Shown here in pieces: positions 30,637 to 32,000 of a DNA stretch of 32,000 nucleotides. A program made the translations under genes and the position numbers. The stretch's first letter is position 1; the number at the start of each line of letters is the position of its first letter. The notes beneath the pieces are model-generated. The model was not told the DNA's origin. It did not search any database and saw nothing but the letters and a program-made list of their open reading frames with translations. Source of the DNA: Candidatus Iainarchaeum sp. (lineage in GTDB: Archaea; Iainarchaeota; Iainarchaeia; Iainarchaeales; 0-14-0-20-30-16); the NCBI GenBank assembly GCA_028710695.1, contig JAQTTP010000007.1, forward strand, positions 1-32,000, written 5' to 3'.

Positions 30637-32000
30637 ATGGCGAACTATACAAAAGACTTAAAGATTACTGAAAAAGACTTAGAAAAAATAACTAAGGAAA
30701 TAGAATCCCTTGTTGCTAAGTACAGAATTCATTTTAAAGAAATACAAAATCCTTCAAAGATCTTTGGAGTTTGTATGGGAAGCCAAGATCTAAAAATTTA
30801 TTTTGCAAAAAACATAAAAGTCGCACAAGAACTATGTAAAGAAATCACAGAAAAAGTAAATAAATTAAGCATAGACGAACTACAAAAACAATACCCTACT
30901 TGTAACGAAGAAAAACCAAAAGAAAAAAGAGAGAAGAAATTAGAATATCCAAAATTGGAAATCACTGGCGAAGTAGTAACTGCTTACCCTCCAGATCCAT
31001 CAAAATATCCACACATTGGACATGGTTATGCATCTTTTATTAATTACAATTTTGCAAAAATGCACAATGGAAAATTTATTTTAAGATTTGAGGACACAAA
31101 TCCAACAATTGTAAAGAAAGAATATTATGATGCAATCCTTAATGGCCTAAAATGGCTAGGGGTTGTTCCAGACAAAGTTGTAAACGCAAGCGATTATATT
31201 GAAAAATTATATGACGAAACAAGAAAATTCATAAAAGATGGAAATGCCTATATTTGCGATTGTTATGCAGATGTTGTTAAATCAAATAGACAAGCAAGAA
31301 AAGAATGCAAATGTAGAAAAAAATCTATTGAACAAAACTTAGAAGAATTTGAAGATTTAGTAAAAGGAAAATACGAACCCGGAAAAAAATTAGTTAGATT
31401 AAAACTAAATATGAAAAGCAAAAGAGCAGAAATGAGAGACCCAGGAATTATGAGAACTATATTTGATGAGCACCCATTGGCTGGAAAGAAATACAAACTT
31501 TGGCCATCATATGTTTGGCAAAACACATTTTTAGATCATTACAATGGAGTAACACACAGATTTAGATCAAAAGAATTTGAACCTTGGAAACCGGTGCAGG
31601 AAGAAATTGCAAAATTAGCTGGGTTCAAAATGGCACAAATCTACGAATATGCGAGAGTAAATATTTCTGGAGTTAAAGCATCAGGAAGACAAATTAGAGA
31701 ACTAGTTGAAAAAGGAGAAATGGATTGGGATGACCCAAGACTAACTACTTTGTTATCATTAAAAAGAAGAGGATTTATTCCAAATGCAATAAGAGAATTC
31801 ATCCAAAAAATGGGATTATCAAAAACAGAATCCACAGCACAATGGGGAGTACTAGAAAGCTTCAATAGAAAAGAACTTGCGGATGTTGAAAAAGTTGCAT
31901 TCTTTAAGAGCACAAAGGAATTCACAGTAAACAAAGAAAAGATTTACATTGACCCAACTGACCTAAAAGAAGGCACAGAATATAGGTTAAGACATTTTTG
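30637..32000 (+). CDS. gltX: Glutamyl-tRNA synthetase, archaeal/eukaryotic type; 3' end lies outside the window
   Basis: It is open from the ATG at 30637 to the window edge, and is absent from the ORF track because it has no in-window stop. PPDPSKYPHIGHGYAS (HIGH), ILRFEDTNP, DPGIMR, THRFRSKEF, DWDDPRLTTLLSLKRRGFIPNAIREF. An N-terminal extension of about 110 aa precedes the catalytic core, as in archaeal GluRS. Confidence 0.9.
   Translation, partial: MANYTKDLKITEKDLEKITKEIESLVAKYRIHFKEIQNPSKIFGVCMGSQDLKIYFAKNIKVAQELCKEITEKVNKLSIDELQKQYPTCNEEKPKEKREKKLEYPKLEITGEVVTAYPPDPSKYPHIGHGYASFINYNFAKMHNGKFILRFEDTNPTIVKKEYYDAILNGLKWLGVVPDKVVNASDYIEKLYDETRKFIKDGNAYICDCYADVVKSNRQARKECKCRKKSIEQNLEEFEDLVKGKYEPGKKLVRLKLNMKSKRAEMRDPGIMRTIFDEHPLAGKKYKLWPSYVWQNTFLDHYNGVTHRFRSKEFEPWKPVQEEIAKLAGFKMAQIYEYARVNISGVKASGRQIRELVEKGEMDWDDPRLTTLLSLKRRGFIPNAIREFIQKMGLSKTESTAQWGVLESFNRKELADVEKVAFFKSTKEFTVNKEKIYIDPTDLKEGTEYRLRHF

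Noticed and set aside
1-32000. CRISPR array, tandem-repeat array or recoded stop codons
   Set aside because: The repeated hairpins are not regularly spaced with unique spacers. No repeat occurs more than three times. All well-supported genes read through with the standard code and no in-frame stops.

Overview
Low-GC (about one-third G+C by eye), very gene-dense window. It looks archaeal and fits a small-genome, DPANN-like lineage. Evidence for this: archaeal-type PheRS beta, AlaRS and GluRS; AglB/STT3 plus a GT4 dolichyl-phosphate transferase; a TrmB regulator; a NurA-like nuclease; and an eL41-like micro-ORF. Promoter-proximal genes sit about 27 nt downstream of A/T-rich TATA-like boxes and look leaderless, while operon-internal genes carry GGTG-type SD sequences.

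Contents:
- Five aminoacyl-tRNA synthetase genes: valS, pheT, alaS, serS, and gltX (runs off the 3' edge).
- Three canonical intron-less tRNAs without encoded CCA: Ser-GGA, Pro-UGG, Glu-UUC.
- A nucleotide-salvage cluster: a eukaryote-like cN-III/UMPH-1 5'-nucleotidase, a P-loop kinase::dCMP deaminase fusion, adk, and ndk with insertions.
- A DEAD-box helicase.
- A tldD-tldE peptidase pair followed by a small membrane protein, a TraB/Tiki-like protein and a zinc-ribbon protein.
- A TrmB regulator divergent from an orphan LivJ-type binding protein.
- NUDIX, ICMT-family and YkgJ-family genes, plus several hypotheticals.

I saw no rRNA, CRISPR array, transposase, integrase or recognisable defence system.

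The most unusual signal is non-coding. All three tRNA genes are embedded in short conserved hairpin modules:
- A two-hairpin module with compensatory base-pair changes lies upstream of tRNA-Ser and tRNA-Glu.
- A conserved palindromic module lies just 3' of those two tRNAs.
- A hairpin-dense segment lies directly upstream of tRNA-Pro.
- An orphan composite copy sits between serS and trmB. It shares a 21-nt exact match with the tRNA-Pro upstream segment and is flanked by an 11-nt direct repeat.

All product calls rest on motif recognition from the translations. No database search was possible.
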